DNA of 64,000 nucleotides from Eledone cirrhosa (lineage: Eukaryota). Below, one piece after another: positions 1-9,933 of the stretch. The stretch lies in contig OZ024747.1 in the NCBI GenBank assembly GCA_964016885.1, positions 80,042,001 to 80,106,000 of the forward strand. Reading direction: 5' to 3'. Position 1 is the stretch's first letter; each line of letters opens with the position of its first letter. Below the pieces are notes generated by a model, which saw only the letters and a program-made list of their open reading frames with translations, made no database searches and had not been told where the DNA came from. Position numbers and translations under genes: made by a program.

Positions 1-3000
1 ATACTCAGAGTCGGCCCATTCACTCGGGCCATTCTTGCTTCTCTCACCCATCTTTCAACAAAATGCTGGGAAGAGAGCACTTCCCTCTCTACTCTGATTT
101 TCCTTTTCAAATGAAATTTGAAAAAGTCAATCAGAGCATCACCGAAGAGGTAAGTGCTCGTCTTCAGCCCTTTCAAACGTGTCCACCATACTATCTCTTT
201 CGCCATGGCCACCAGACAGATAAAAACTGCCTGCCCTTCCCGGCTAAAGGAGGAGGGCGGGGCAATCCTCACGATGGACTCAGATGATAGATGGATCCGT
301 CCTAAACGCGACAGCAGGTGTTCGACATAAACCCACAAGTCAGCAATTTTCGGACACTGGACGAGTGCGTGCAGGACGGTTTCGTCGCCCTGCGCGCATC
401 TCGGACATGCCCGGCTGACGGCACCTCCATGCCTGTAGAGTTTATCCCGAACTGGCAAGGCTCCTCGGTAGCACTGCCAGGCCAGAGATTTCTGGAAGTT
501 GTCCATAGGCCCCGGCCCGAAAGTTCTTCCGAAGAGATTGGCTAGTTGATTTTCGTCGACGCCTAGAGTTTCCCCAAGTACGTCGTCGCTCTTCCCCTCC
601 ACTAATCCTCTATAGAACGCCGAGGTGGAGTTTCCACCGATCACATTGCCCGATTGGTCGAGGGCTGTGAGCGCCTGAAGACATTCCAGTCTCCAGGCGC
701 TCCCTCTCGGTCTTCGCTTGACCCAGGACTGCAGCTCCGTCAAGGAAACGAGCTGGGGAAAAACGCGTCTAGCAAACGGCGACCACACCTGATCACCGTC
801 GAGGAAGAGGTGGAGATGTCGTAGCCTGAGCGCGTGCCTGCGCATCATCAGCCACGGCATGCCCAGCCCTCCACGTAGCGGGTGTTGACAACAGATGGAC
901 CGCCTGACCATCGGAGCACGTCCCTTCCACAAAAAGCGAAAGAGCAAACGCTCCAGCGCAGTCAGGCGAGGCTTAGGACAAGGTACGACGGTTAGGCGGT
1001 AGCAGATGACAGACGCGATGTACGCGTTAGCCACCTCCGCTCGACCTTTCAGGGATAGCTTCCTCTCCGCCCATTTCTGGGTGAGAGAAGCCACCCTGCT
1101 CGTCACCTCGTCCCAGTTTTTGTCCGTCTGGAGGTCCGGACCGAACCAGACCCCTAGCAATTTAACCGGTCCGTCCGTCCAGCGCCCGACGACGCTGTTG
1201 GACGGCATGGACCTGCCTCTCCAGGTGCCGAGCTGCAGGCCCACTGACTTTTCCTGGTTGATCATTGCTCCTGTCACCGCTTCGTATTCTCTTAGTGTAG
1301 TGCCGATCGCCTCGATGTGTTTGGCGTTCGACACCACTACGGTGACATCGTCCGCATATGCTGACACGGATCTTCCGCATCCTAGTTCGCGCGGGACTCC
1401 CCTCAACGTCTCCAGTTTGTGCAGTAATGGCTCGAGAGTCAATACGTACAAGAGGGACGAGAGGGGACATCCTTGGCGGACCGAGCGCATGATGTTGAAC
1501 GGTTCCGACAGGTGACCGTTCACTCTCACCACAGAGCAGATGTCGCTGTGCATGGCAGCGATCCAGCCTCTGAAGACGGGCCCAAAGCCAGCCGCCTTCA
1601 GGACGGCCGCTAGGTAACGATGGTCGACCCTATCGAAAGCTTTCGACTGATCTAAATTGATCAAGGACCCACCCGTGCCAGGTTCCCTAGCTACCCTCTC
1701 TATGATGTATCGCATGAGGTGGAGGTTGTCGTGGATGGATCTGTCGGGAATGGCGCATGTCTGCGCCTCTCCCACCAGACCACCAACGACAAGCGCCAAC
1801 CTCTTTGCTAGCACCTTGGCCAAAATCTTGAACTCTGTGTTTAGCAGAGTTATGGGCCGGAAATTGTCTATGTTATCCCCCTTGTTCGGATCCTTTCTCA
1901 GCAGTGCCACCGCTCCTCGGCTCACAGAACTGGGAATTCTCCCATTCTGTTGCCAGTTGCAGTAGACGTCCGCCAAGAGGCCTCCGAACAAGTCTGGCAT
2001 CTGTACGTAAAGTTCATAGGGCAGACCATCCAAACCAGGCGATTTACCCCTTGTGCAGCCAGTCATTGCCTCCCTTACTTCAGCGGCTGTTATCGGCTTT
2101 TCGCAACACTTCGCCTCAGTGGCCGAGAGCCGCGGCAGTCCGTCGAGGTAGACACTAAAGTCCATCCCTCTACCCGGCCCACCGCTGCCCCCGAACAGCT
2201 GAGCGAAGTGTCGCTGAAAAGCTTCACACATTTGCCCGGGATCGAGTAGCATGCGCCCGTCGTGGTCCACCAAAGACCGGATCGTGGCTTTGTTGCCACG
2301 ACGCGCCTCCGCCACTCGGGCCCATTGAACGGCTTTCGTCCCCTCGTGTCTGAGAGCACGCACCCTAGCTCTGACAACGCAGCCTTCGTGCTTTGCATTG
2401 AAGAATTGGTCAAGGGCCAATTTCGCCGCAAGCACGTCGGTCGCAATGCCTTTGCTAAGCGCCTCGTCTAATTTTCTAACTAGTTCTCCCTCTGCTCTAT
2501 TTTTCTCTATTGCTAAAGCCTTACTAAACCTAATCGATTCTATTCTAATCGCTCTTTTCAGAGCAAACCACCACTTGTTGTTGACGATGGCCCCCGTCAA
2601 CGCCCGCTTAACTAGTTCGCTAATCCGGTCTCTGTAGGCCTTGCGCGCTGGTAAGGACGCGTTTAGCTTCCAGTAGCCGGGTCCTCGTCTATGAAGCCTA
2701 TCTAAGTCAAGCACACAGGTCACGAATTTGTGGTCCGTGTAGCTGACTATCTTGAATTGTGGACAGCCTATGCTAGACCTATCTATTTCCCTACAAAATA
2801 CTCTATCTAGATATGATCTGGATGACCCTATGCGGTTTGTCCAAGTCCACATTGGCACATTCGGGAAATCCAATCGGTACCTGTCAGACAGTTCAAAACG
2901 CCTGAGCAGGTTGGTGAGGCTCTTGCACCCTCCACCCCTATCCGCTAATCCCACACAGTCCCAGCGTGCATCTAAGATCCCGTTCCAGTCGCCCACTAAC

Positions 3001-3410
3001 ACTAAAGAGCGGGACGTTCCAAGAAAGGTCTCCAGACGCCGGAAGAAATCAGGCCGCCCTGCTCCTGTCGGGGCATAGACGGCCACTAGCCTGAAAGCTT
3101 GCCCGTCTCCGCTGGTCACGTCCAGCACCACCAGCTTACCCTCTGGGTCCAGGAAGATGGCCCGTATGGCGAGATCCAAACCTCTCCGAAAAAGCACAGC
3201 AACTCCTCCACCCGATCCAGGACGGCTGGGAGATGCGTACACATCGTAGCCGCCGAAGATCGGTGCGAAGGCCCGTGCTTCGGAGATTCTGGTCTCGCTG
3301 ATGGCCACTACATCTATGTTTAGTGACCTGAGGTCGTTGAGCAGGTGACCCTGCTTCCATGACGACCCCAAGCCACGCGCATTTATGCTGCCTATTCTGA
3401 GTGAGGTCAT
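1..3410 (-). CDS. ORF2 (APE endonuclease/RT), copy 1; last ~10 nt run off the window edge
   Basis: ATG at 3410; constant 6488 offset to ORF 6479..9898, so no net indel; absent from the ORF track only because the stop lies outside the window. Confidence 0.88.
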   Translation of the reverse strand, partial: MTSLRIGSINARGLGSSWKQGHLLNDLRSLNIDVVAISETRISEARAFAPIFGGYDVYASPSRPGSGGGVAVLFRRGLDLAIRAIFLDPEGKLVVLDVTSGDGQAFRLVAVYAPTGAGRPDFFRRLETFLGTSRSLVLVGDWNGILDARWDCVGLADRGGGCKSLTNLLRRFELSDRYRLDFPNVPMWTWTNRIGSSRSYLDRVFCREIDRSSIGCPQFKIVSYTDHKFVTCVLDLDRLHRRGPGYWKLNASLPARKAYRDRISELVKRALTGAIVNNKWWFALKRAIRIESIRFSKALAIEKNRAEGELVRKLDEALSKGIATDVLAAKLALDQFFNAKHEGCVVRARVRALRHEGTKAVQWARVAEARRGNKATIRSLVDHDGRMLLDPGQMCEAFQRHFAQLFGGSGGPGRGMDFSVYLDGLPRLSATEAKCCEKPITAAEVREAMTGCTRGKSPGLDGLPYELYVQMPDLFGGLLADVYCNWQQNGRIPSSVSRGAVALLRKDPNKGDNIDNFRPITLLNTEFKILAKVLAKRLALVVGGLVGEAQTCAIPDRSIHDNLHLMRYIIERVAREPGTGGSLINLDQSKAFDRVDHRYLAAVLKAAGFGPVFRGWIAAMHSDICSVVRVNGHLSEPFNIMRSVRQGCPLSSLLYVLTLEPLLHKLETLRGVPRELGCGRSVSAYADDVTVVVSNAKHIEAIGTTLREYEAVTGAMINQEKSVGLQLGTWRGRSMPSNSVVGRWTDGPVKLLGVWFGPDLQTDKNWDEVTSRVASLTQKWAERKLSLKGRAEVANAYIASVICYRLTVVPCPKPRLTALERLLFRFLWKGRAPMVRRSICCQHPLRGGLGMPWLMMRRHALRLRHLHLFLDGDQVWSPFARRVFPQLVSLTELQSWVKRRPRGSAWRLECLQALTALDQSGNVIGGNSTSAFYRGLVEGKSDDVLGETLGVDENQLANLFGRTFGPGPMDNFQKSLAWQCYRGALPVRDKLYRHGGAVSRACPRCAQGDETVLHALVQCPKIADLWVYVEHLLSRLGRIHLSSESIVRIAPPSSFSREGQAVFICLVAMAKEIVWWTRLKGLKTSTYLFGDALIDFFKFHLKRKIRVEREVLSSQHFVERWVREARMARVNGPTLS

Positions 3411-3445
3411 GTTTAAAATAGAGTGGAAAAGATGGGAAAGACCAC

Positions 3446-5539
3446 TTACCGTACTTTTGGTAGAGGAGGGATGGTTTTTACATCCCTTTTCACTTGATCG
3501 TCTGGTGAAGGGACCGTTGAATCGTCCCTTCGGCTGGTCGTCGGCTCTTCTAAGAGAATGTCTGAATATACTCTTCGATTGATGGTTCCTCCTAGGTCCC
3601 TGAAATCACCAACTGCGTTGGGGAATTTCGTTTTAATGTTTGTGTATTGTTTCTGTGCTATTTTTAGCAGTCTTATGTTAGTTGGCGTTTTGATTGGTGC
3701 TGGTATTATGTAGTCCTGTTGTGAAATGTCTGTGTGTTCAATTATGTAAGTCATTAGTTTCTTGTTGTGTGTGTTTATTGCCGTGCATTTGTTTTTCTGG
3801 GGGTGGGGTGTGGTTCTGCTATTTTCTTGTCGTTGTTGCTGGGTGTGTGTGTTTTGTTGTTGTGTTTGCGATGTTGGTGCTTGTGGTGGTGGTGTTGAAG
3901 GTGTTGTTGGCGGTGGGGTTGTCGCCGGTGGTGATGGTGGTGCTGGTGTGGGTGGTGATGGTGTTGGTGGTGTTGCTGCTGTGGGTCTCTTTGCAGTAGA
4001 CTTTACCCTTTTCTCATTTCTTTCCTCCCTTTTCAAAGGCGACGATGCGCTGCTTCTGCGTTTGTGCCTTCTTGCGACCTTTTGCCATCCCTCTCCCACC
4101 TCACACTCCATGTCTGATTCTGTAAGGTCGGGGAGGGGTACCAGCTCCACTCTTTCACTTGTTGTTGTTGGTGATGTTTGCACTGGAGTCTCTGTTGCAG
4201 CTGCATTTGGTATTGCTGTTGTTGTTGTTAATATTTCCACTGCTGCTGCTGTTTTTGATTTCCGTGGAGTGGGTATGGGTGCCACGGACCTATCGTTCCT
4301 GGTTGCCGCTTGTCCTGTTGCTGGTAGCCGTGGAGCCGGATTCGGAAGGAGGGGGGTTTTCTCCTTTCTCAGGGTCTTCTCGTTGCAGAAGGCCCTGAGG
4401 TGAGTCTTCGATCCACAGCGAAAGCATTTCGGGCGTTTGCCCTCAACACTTATGGGCAGTTGAGTGCCGTTATCGAAGTCTATCACATCCGGGATAGCTT
4501 CGATGCACTCCTGGTTGGTTTGGATTAGCATCTCAATGGAGGAGCCGACCCAATCTTCTCTTACTTTTTTCTGTACTTGCAGTACAGTTGTTTTGTCCTC
4601 GATTCCGACGAGGACAGACGCGGCCAGCCAAGAAGGGGTCATTCCGGGGGGGACGTGGGTCAGTTTGACCCTCACAATTTTTTGCCCGCAGTAGGAGGGC
4701 ACCAATACCATTTCCTCGCTCCTTAGGGTCACTACTGATTGGGCCTTTGCCTCCTGGGGTGTGGCAAAAAGTACGTCTACGGTGGCATATTTTTTGCCTC
4801 GGGTGATGTGCGTTTTCCGCTGCCACACAGACCCCAAGGCTTTTTGTATTTGGGCCTCTGTGGCTCTTTCCACCCTACGGGATTTTGTACTTACTGTACG
4901 GTACGTGACCGTACAGTGCTCTTGGGTTTCGAAAAATTTTTCCGCTGCCTTGCAGATTGCTCGGTGTCCGTTCTTTGTCACCATCTTCTTCGCTTCCTCT
5001 AATTCCTCATTTGTTATGAGGATTGTTTCCAAGTTTTTCGCAATACCTGCAAATGAGATTGGTTTTTCTCTGCTGTTGTTGTTGTCGTCAGAGCTGCTGG
5101 TACTTTTGTTGTTGCTGCAGGTACTACGACTACTGCCTCCGCCGCTGTTGCTGTGGTTGTTGTTGGTGTTGCTGCTGCTAATGCTGTTGTTGTTTATGCT
5201 GCTGGTGATGCTGTTGCGGCTGCTACTGTTGTTTTCATTGTCACTGTTGCTGTTGTTATTACGGCTGCTACTGCTATTATTCCTGACGTCAGACGAATGA
5301 ACTGGGTTTTCGTATTTCCCGCACACCTGTTTCGTCGCTGTCGTCGTCGTCGTGGAGAAACCTTGCACGCTTTGCACGAGACTTTTCTTTTCTTTCGTCA
5401 CTTGCGAAAGAGAAGGGAGGGAGAGAGACACATTTAAAGAAGGGAGGGAGAGAGACAATCTTCTCTCTGCTGTAGTGATGATTGAGGAAGAAGACGGAAT
5501 GAGTGGGAGTGACGTATGAAATTTCTTTTTCGTAGCCAT
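3446..5539 (-). CDS. ORF1 gag-like nucleic-acid-binding protein, 697 aa
   Basis: CX2CX4HX4C knuckle CFRCGSKTHLRAFC preceded by an RRM-like region; Asn/Ser-rich N-terminus and Pro/Thr-rich C-terminus; ends 35 nt upstream of ORF2. Confidence 0.9.
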   Translation of the reverse strand: MATKKKFHTSLPLIPSSSSIITTAERRLSLSLPSLNVSLSLPSLSQVTKEKKSLVQSVQGFSTTTTTATKQVCGKYENPVHSSDVRNNSSSSRNNNSNSDNENNSSSRNSITSSINNNSISSSNTNNNHSNSGGGSSRSTCSNNKSTSSSDDNNNSREKPISFAGIAKNLETILITNEELEEAKKMVTKNGHRAICKAAEKFFETQEHCTVTYRTVSTKSRRVERATEAQIQKALGSVWQRKTHITRGKKYATVDVLFATPQEAKAQSVVTLRSEEMVLVPSYCGQKIVRVKLTHVPPGMTPSWLAASVLVGIEDKTTVLQVQKKVREDWVGSSIEMLIQTNQECIEAIPDVIDFDNGTQLPISVEGKRPKCFRCGSKTHLRAFCNEKTLRKEKTPLLPNPAPRLPATGQAATRNDRSVAPIPTPRKSKTAAAVEILTTTTAIPNAAATETPVQTSPTTTSERVELVPLPDLTESDMECEVGEGWQKVARRHKRRSSASSPLKREERNEKRVKSTAKRPTAATPPTPSPPTPAPPSPPATTPPPTTPSTPPPQAPTSQTQQQNTHTQQQRQENSRTTPHPQKNKCTAINTHNKKLMTYIIEHTDISQQDYIIPAPIKTPTNIRLLKIAQKQYTNIKTKFPNAVGDFRDLGGTINRRVYSDILLEEPTTSRRDDSTVPSPDDQVKRDVKTIPPLPKVR

Positions 5540-5763
5540 GTTGTTTTTTGTTTAAAATGAAATTTTGGGTACAAAACCCCAATAACTGGTTATTTAACCC
5601 CGAAGGGCCAAATAACGGACAGAAAGACCCCTCTCACGAGGAGGAGGGTGTCTTTATCAACAATTTGGTTCAAGTTTTAAACAATTTACAATTGTTTTAA
5701 CGGTTAAAAATTACTATACCTTACAGAGCCGAGCCTCCGTCAACCATGGCATTCAATAATAAT

Positions 5764-6173
5764 AGCGCAGGAGCAGGCCCTTAAAACGAAGTGGTTGAAA
5801 CACCATATTTACAAGGAGGAGGCTAGCCCACTGTGCAGGATCTGTGGAGAGAGAGAGGAGACTGTGGCTCACATTGTATCCGAGTGTAAACACCTAGCCC
5901 AGACTCACTATAAGGGCTGGAGACATGATGTGATGGGCAGGGTGATCCACTGGCACCTATGCAAAGTAAACAATTTACCACATTCTGAGAAGTGGTATGA
6001 GCATAAGCCAGAGTCGGTGATAGAAAACGATCAGGTGAAGGTGCTGTGGGATTTTAGGATACAGACGGACAAGGAACTGGAACACAATAGACCTGACCTG
6101 GTGGTTTTGGACAAGGAAAAAAATCGTGCCTGATTGTGGATGTGGCCTGCCCATTCCACACGAGAGTGCAAAG
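5764..6173 (+). pseudogene. Fragment of an RLE-type (R4/Dong-like) non-LTR element: CCHC finger, RHD motif and partial PD..D nuclease
   Basis: AQEQALKT..CRICGEREETVAHIVSEC..WRHD..WDFRIQTD..NRPDLVVLDKEK, then a frameshift, then SCLIVDVACPF; flanked by (AAT)n. Confidence 0.85.
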
Positions 6174-6179
6174 AACAAC

Positions 6180-6217
<38 letters not shown>

Positions 6218-6478
6218 TTTCTTTATTAACCACAAGGGTTTACATAAAGTAGACATTAAGGACAGTGCAGGACAATGCAGGACGGTACAAATGGGCATTT
6301 CTGCGTGTAAAAAAAACAAAAACAGAGGATGTAACAAAAATAACAATGAAAATAACGATGAAAAATTCCCCAATAGGGGGGAGACTTCGGAGGGACATTT
6401 GTGGAGAAAGCCCAGTAAAAAGCCACAATGACCCTGACCACCAAGGCAAGTGCCCTCTCCCAGTTTTCCACCTTTAGT

Positions 6479-9400
6479 TTACAGATATATACTCAGAGTC
6501 GGCCCATTCACTCGGGCCATTCTTGCTTCTCTCACCCATCTTTCAACAAAATGCTGGGAAGAGAGCACTTCCTTCTCTACTCTGATTTTCCTTTTCAAAT
6601 GAAATTTGAAAAAGTCAATCAGAGCATCACCGAAGAGGTAAGTGCTCGTCTTCAGCCCTTTCAAACGTGTCCACCATACTATCTCTTTCGCCATGGCCAC
6701 CAGACAGATAAAAACTGCCTGCCCTTCCCGGCTAAAGGAGGAGGGCGGGGCAATCCTCACGATGGACTCAGATGATAGCTGGATCCGTCCTAAACGCGAC
6801 AGCAGGTGTTCGACATAAACCCACAAGTCAGCAATTTTCGGACACTGGACGAGTGCGTGCAGGACGGTTTCGTCGCCCTGCGCGCATCTCGGACATGCCC
6901 GGCTGACGGCACCTCCATGCCTGTAGAGTTTATCCCGAACTGGCAAGGCTCCTCGGTAGCACTGCCAGGCCAGAGATTTCTGGAAGTTGTCCATAGGCCC
7001 CGGCCCGAAAGTTCTTCCGAAGAGATTGGCTAGTTGATTTTCGTCGACGCCTAGAGTTTCCCCAAGTACGTCGTCGCTCTTCCCCTCCACTAATCCTCTA
7101 TAGAACGCCGAGGTGGAGTTTCCACCGATCACATTGCCCGATTGGTCGAGGGCTGTGAGCGCCTGAAGACATTCCAGTCTCCAGGCGCTCCCTCTCGGTC
7201 TTCGCTTGACCCAGGACTGCAGCTCCGTCAAGGAAACGAGCTGGGGAAAAACGCGTCTAGCAAACGGCGACCACACCTGATCACCGTCGAGGAAGAGGTG
7301 GAGATGTCGTAGCCTGAGCGCGTGCCTGCGCATCATCAGCCACGGCATGCCCAGCCCTCCACGTAGCGGGTGTTGACAACAGATGGACCGCCTGACCATC
7401 GGAGCACGTCCCTTCCACAAAAAGCGAAAGAGCAAACGCTCCAGCGCAGTCAGGCGAGGCTTAGGACAAGGTACGACGGTTAGGCGGTAGCAGATGACAG
7501 ACGCGATGTACGCGTTAGCCACCTCCGCTCGACCTTTCAGGGATAGCTTCCTCTCCGCCCATTTCTGGGTGAGAGAAGCCACCCTGCTCGTCACCTCGTC
7601 CCAGTTTTTGTCCGTCTGGAGGTCCGGACCGAACCAGACCCCTAGCAATTTAACCGGTCCGTCCGTCCAGCGCCCGACGACGCTGTTGGACGGCATGGAC
7701 CTGCCTCTCCAGGTGCCGAGCTGCAGGCCCACTGACTTTTCCTGGTTGATCATTGCTCCTGTCACCGCTTCGTATTCTCTTAGTGTAGTGCCGATCGCCT
7801 CGATGTGTTTGGCGTTCGACATCACTACGGTGACATCGTCCGCATATGCTGACACGGATCTTCCGCATCCTAGTTCGCGCGGGACTCCCCTCAACGTCTC
7901 CAGTTTGTGCAGTAATGGCTCGAGAGTCAATACGTACAAGAGGGACGAGAGGGGACATCCTTGGCGGACCGAGCGCATGATGTTGAACGGTTCCGACAGG
8001 TGACCGTTCACTCTCACCACAGAGCAGATGTCGCTGTGCATGGCAGCGATCCAGCCTCTGAAGACGGGCCCAAAGCCAGCCGCCCTCAGGACTGCCGCTA
8101 GGTAACGATGGTCGACCCTATCGAAAGCTTTCGACTGATCTAAATTGATCAAGGACCCACCCGTGCCAGGTTCCCTAGCTACCCTCTCTACGATGTATCG
8201 CATGAGGTGGAGGTTGTCGTGGATGGATCTGTCGGGAATGGCGCATGTCTGCGCCTCTCCCACCAGACCACCAACGACAAGCGCCAACCTCTTTGCTAGC
8301 ACCTTGGCCAAAATCTTAAACTCTGTGTTTAGCAGAGTTATGGGCCGGAAATTGTCTATGTTATCCCCCTTGTTCGGATCCTTTCTCAGCAGTGCCACCG
8401 CTCCTCGGCTCACAGAACTGGGAATTCTCCCGTTCTGTTGCCAGTTGCAGTAGACGTCCGCCAAGAGGCCTCCGAACAAGTCTGGCATCTGTACGTAAAG
8501 TTCATAGGGCAGACCATCCAAACCAGGCGATTTACCCCTTGTGCAGCCAGTCATTGCCTCCCGTACTTCAGCGGCTGTTATCGGCTTTTCGCAACACTTC
8601 GCCTCAGTGGCCGAGAGCCGCGGCAGTCCGTCGAGGTAGACACTAAAGTCCATCCCTCTACCCGGCCCCCCGCTGCCCCCGAACAGCTGAGCGAAGTGTC
8701 GCTGAAAAGCTTCACACATTTGCCCGGGATCGAGTAGCATGCGCCCGTCGTGGTCCACCAAAGACCGGATCGTGGCTTTGTTGCCACGACGCGCCTCCGC
8801 CACTCGGGCCCATTGAACGGCTTTCGTCCCCTCGTGTCTGAGAGCACGCACCCTAGCTCTGACAACGCAGCCTTCGTGCTTTGCATTGAAGAATTGGTCA
8901 AGGGCCAATTTCGCCGCAAGCACGTCGGTCGCAATGCCTTTGCTAAGCGCCTCGTCTAATTTTCTAACTAGTTCTCCCTCTGCTCTATTTTTCTCTATTG
9001 CTAAAGCCTTACTAAACCTAATCGATTCTATTCTAATCGCTCTTTTCAGAGCAAACCACCACTTGTTGTTGACGATGGCCCCCGTCAACGCCCGCTTAAC
9101 TAGTTCGCTAATCCGGTCTCTGTAGGCCTTGCGCGCTGGTAAGGATGCGTTTAGCTTCCAGTAGCCGGGTCCTCGTCTATGAAGCCTATCTAAGTCAAGC
9201 ACACAGATCACGAATTTGTGGTCCGTGTAGCTGACTATCTTGAATTGTGGACAGCCTATGCTAGACCTATCTATTTCCCTACAAAATACTCTATCTAGAT
9301 ATGATCTGGATGACCCTATGCGGTTTGTCCAAGTCCACATTGGCACATTCGGGAAATCCAATCGGTACCTGTCAGACAGTTCAAAACGCCTGAGCAGGTT

Positions 9401-9898
9401 GGTGAGGCTCTTGCACCCTCCACCCCTATCCGCTAATCCCACACAGTCCCAGCGTGCATCTAAGATCCCGTTCCAGTCGCCCACTAACACTAAAGAGCGG
9501 GACGTTCCAAGAAAGGTCTCCAGACGCCGGAAGAAATCAGGCCGCCCTGCTCCTGTCGGGGCATAGACGGCCACTAGCCTGAAAGCTTGCCCGTCTCCGC
9601 TGGTCACGTCCAGCACCACCAGCTTACCCTCTGGGTCCAGGAAGATGGCCCGTATGGCGAGATCCAAACCTCTCCGAAAAAGCACAGCAACTCCTCCACC
9701 GGATCCAGGACGGCTGGGAGATGCGTACACATCGAAGCCGCCGAAGATCGGTGCGAAGGCCCGTGCTTCGGAGATTCTGGTCTCGCTGATGGCCACTACA
9801 TCTATGTTTAGTGACCTGAGGTCGTTGAGCAGGTGACCCTGCTTCCATGACGACCCCAAGCCACGCGCATTTATGCTGCCTATTCTGAGTGAGGTCAT
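6479..9898 (-). CDS. ORF2, 1139 aa: APE endonuclease, reverse transcriptase, C-terminal CCHC
   Basis: APE motifs SINARG, ISET, VYAP, GDWN, YLDR, TDH; RT motifs KSPGLDG, FRPITLLN, DQSKAFDRVDH, RQGCPLS, YADD; CPRC..ETVLHALVQC; GPGYWKLN and GGLG typical of L1/Tx1. Confidence 0.97.
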   Translation of the reverse strand: MTSLRIGSINARGLGSSWKQGHLLNDLRSLNIDVVAISETRISEARAFAPIFGGFDVYASPSRPGSGGGVAVLFRRGLDLAIRAIFLDPEGKLVVLDVTSGDGQAFRLVAVYAPTGAGRPDFFRRLETFLGTSRSLVLVGDWNGILDARWDCVGLADRGGGCKSLTNLLRRFELSDRYRLDFPNVPMWTWTNRIGSSRSYLDRVFCREIDRSSIGCPQFKIVSYTDHKFVICVLDLDRLHRRGPGYWKLNASLPARKAYRDRISELVKRALTGAIVNNKWWFALKRAIRIESIRFSKALAIEKNRAEGELVRKLDEALSKGIATDVLAAKLALDQFFNAKHEGCVVRARVRALRHEGTKAVQWARVAEARRGNKATIRSLVDHDGRMLLDPGQMCEAFQRHFAQLFGGSGGPGRGMDFSVYLDGLPRLSATEAKCCEKPITAAEVREAMTGCTRGKSPGLDGLPYELYVQMPDLFGGLLADVYCNWQQNGRIPSSVSRGAVALLRKDPNKGDNIDNFRPITLLNTEFKILAKVLAKRLALVVGGLVGEAQTCAIPDRSIHDNLHLMRYIVERVAREPGTGGSLINLDQSKAFDRVDHRYLAAVLRAAGFGPVFRGWIAAMHSDICSVVRVNGHLSEPFNIMRSVRQGCPLSSLLYVLTLEPLLHKLETLRGVPRELGCGRSVSAYADDVTVVMSNAKHIEAIGTTLREYEAVTGAMINQEKSVGLQLGTWRGRSMPSNSVVGRWTDGPVKLLGVWFGPDLQTDKNWDEVTSRVASLTQKWAERKLSLKGRAEVANAYIASVICYRLTVVPCPKPRLTALERLLFRFLWKGRAPMVRRSICCQHPLRGGLGMPWLMMRRHALRLRHLHLFLDGDQVWSPFARRVFPQLVSLTELQSWVKRRPRGSAWRLECLQALTALDQSGNVIGGNSTSAFYRGLVEGKSDDVLGETLGVDENQLANLFGRTFGPGPMDNFQKSLAWQCYRGALPVRDKLYRHGGAVSRACPRCAQGDETVLHALVQCPKIADLWVYVEHLLSRLGRIQLSSESIVRIAPPSSFSREGQAVFICLVAMAKEIVWWTRLKGLKTSTYLFGDALIDFFKFHLKRKIRVEKEVLSSQHFVERWVREARMARVNGPTLSIYL

Positions 9899-9933
9899 GT
9901 TTAAAATAGAGTGGAAAAGATGGGAAAGACCAC

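Larger units (their letters stand above)
1..5754 (-). mobile_element. L1/Tx1-clade non-LTR retrotransposon, copy 1 (3' end outside window)
   Basis: Colinear with copy 2 at offset 6488 across ORF2; 5' end ...CCATGGCATTC abuts (AAT)3. Confidence 0.93.

Noticed and set aside
5795-6133. 112-aa ORF as a third gene, making a dual-endonuclease (Dualen-like) element
   Set aside because: Opposite strand, non-ATG start, frameshifted and truncated inside the nuclease motif, outside the element termini and absent from one junction
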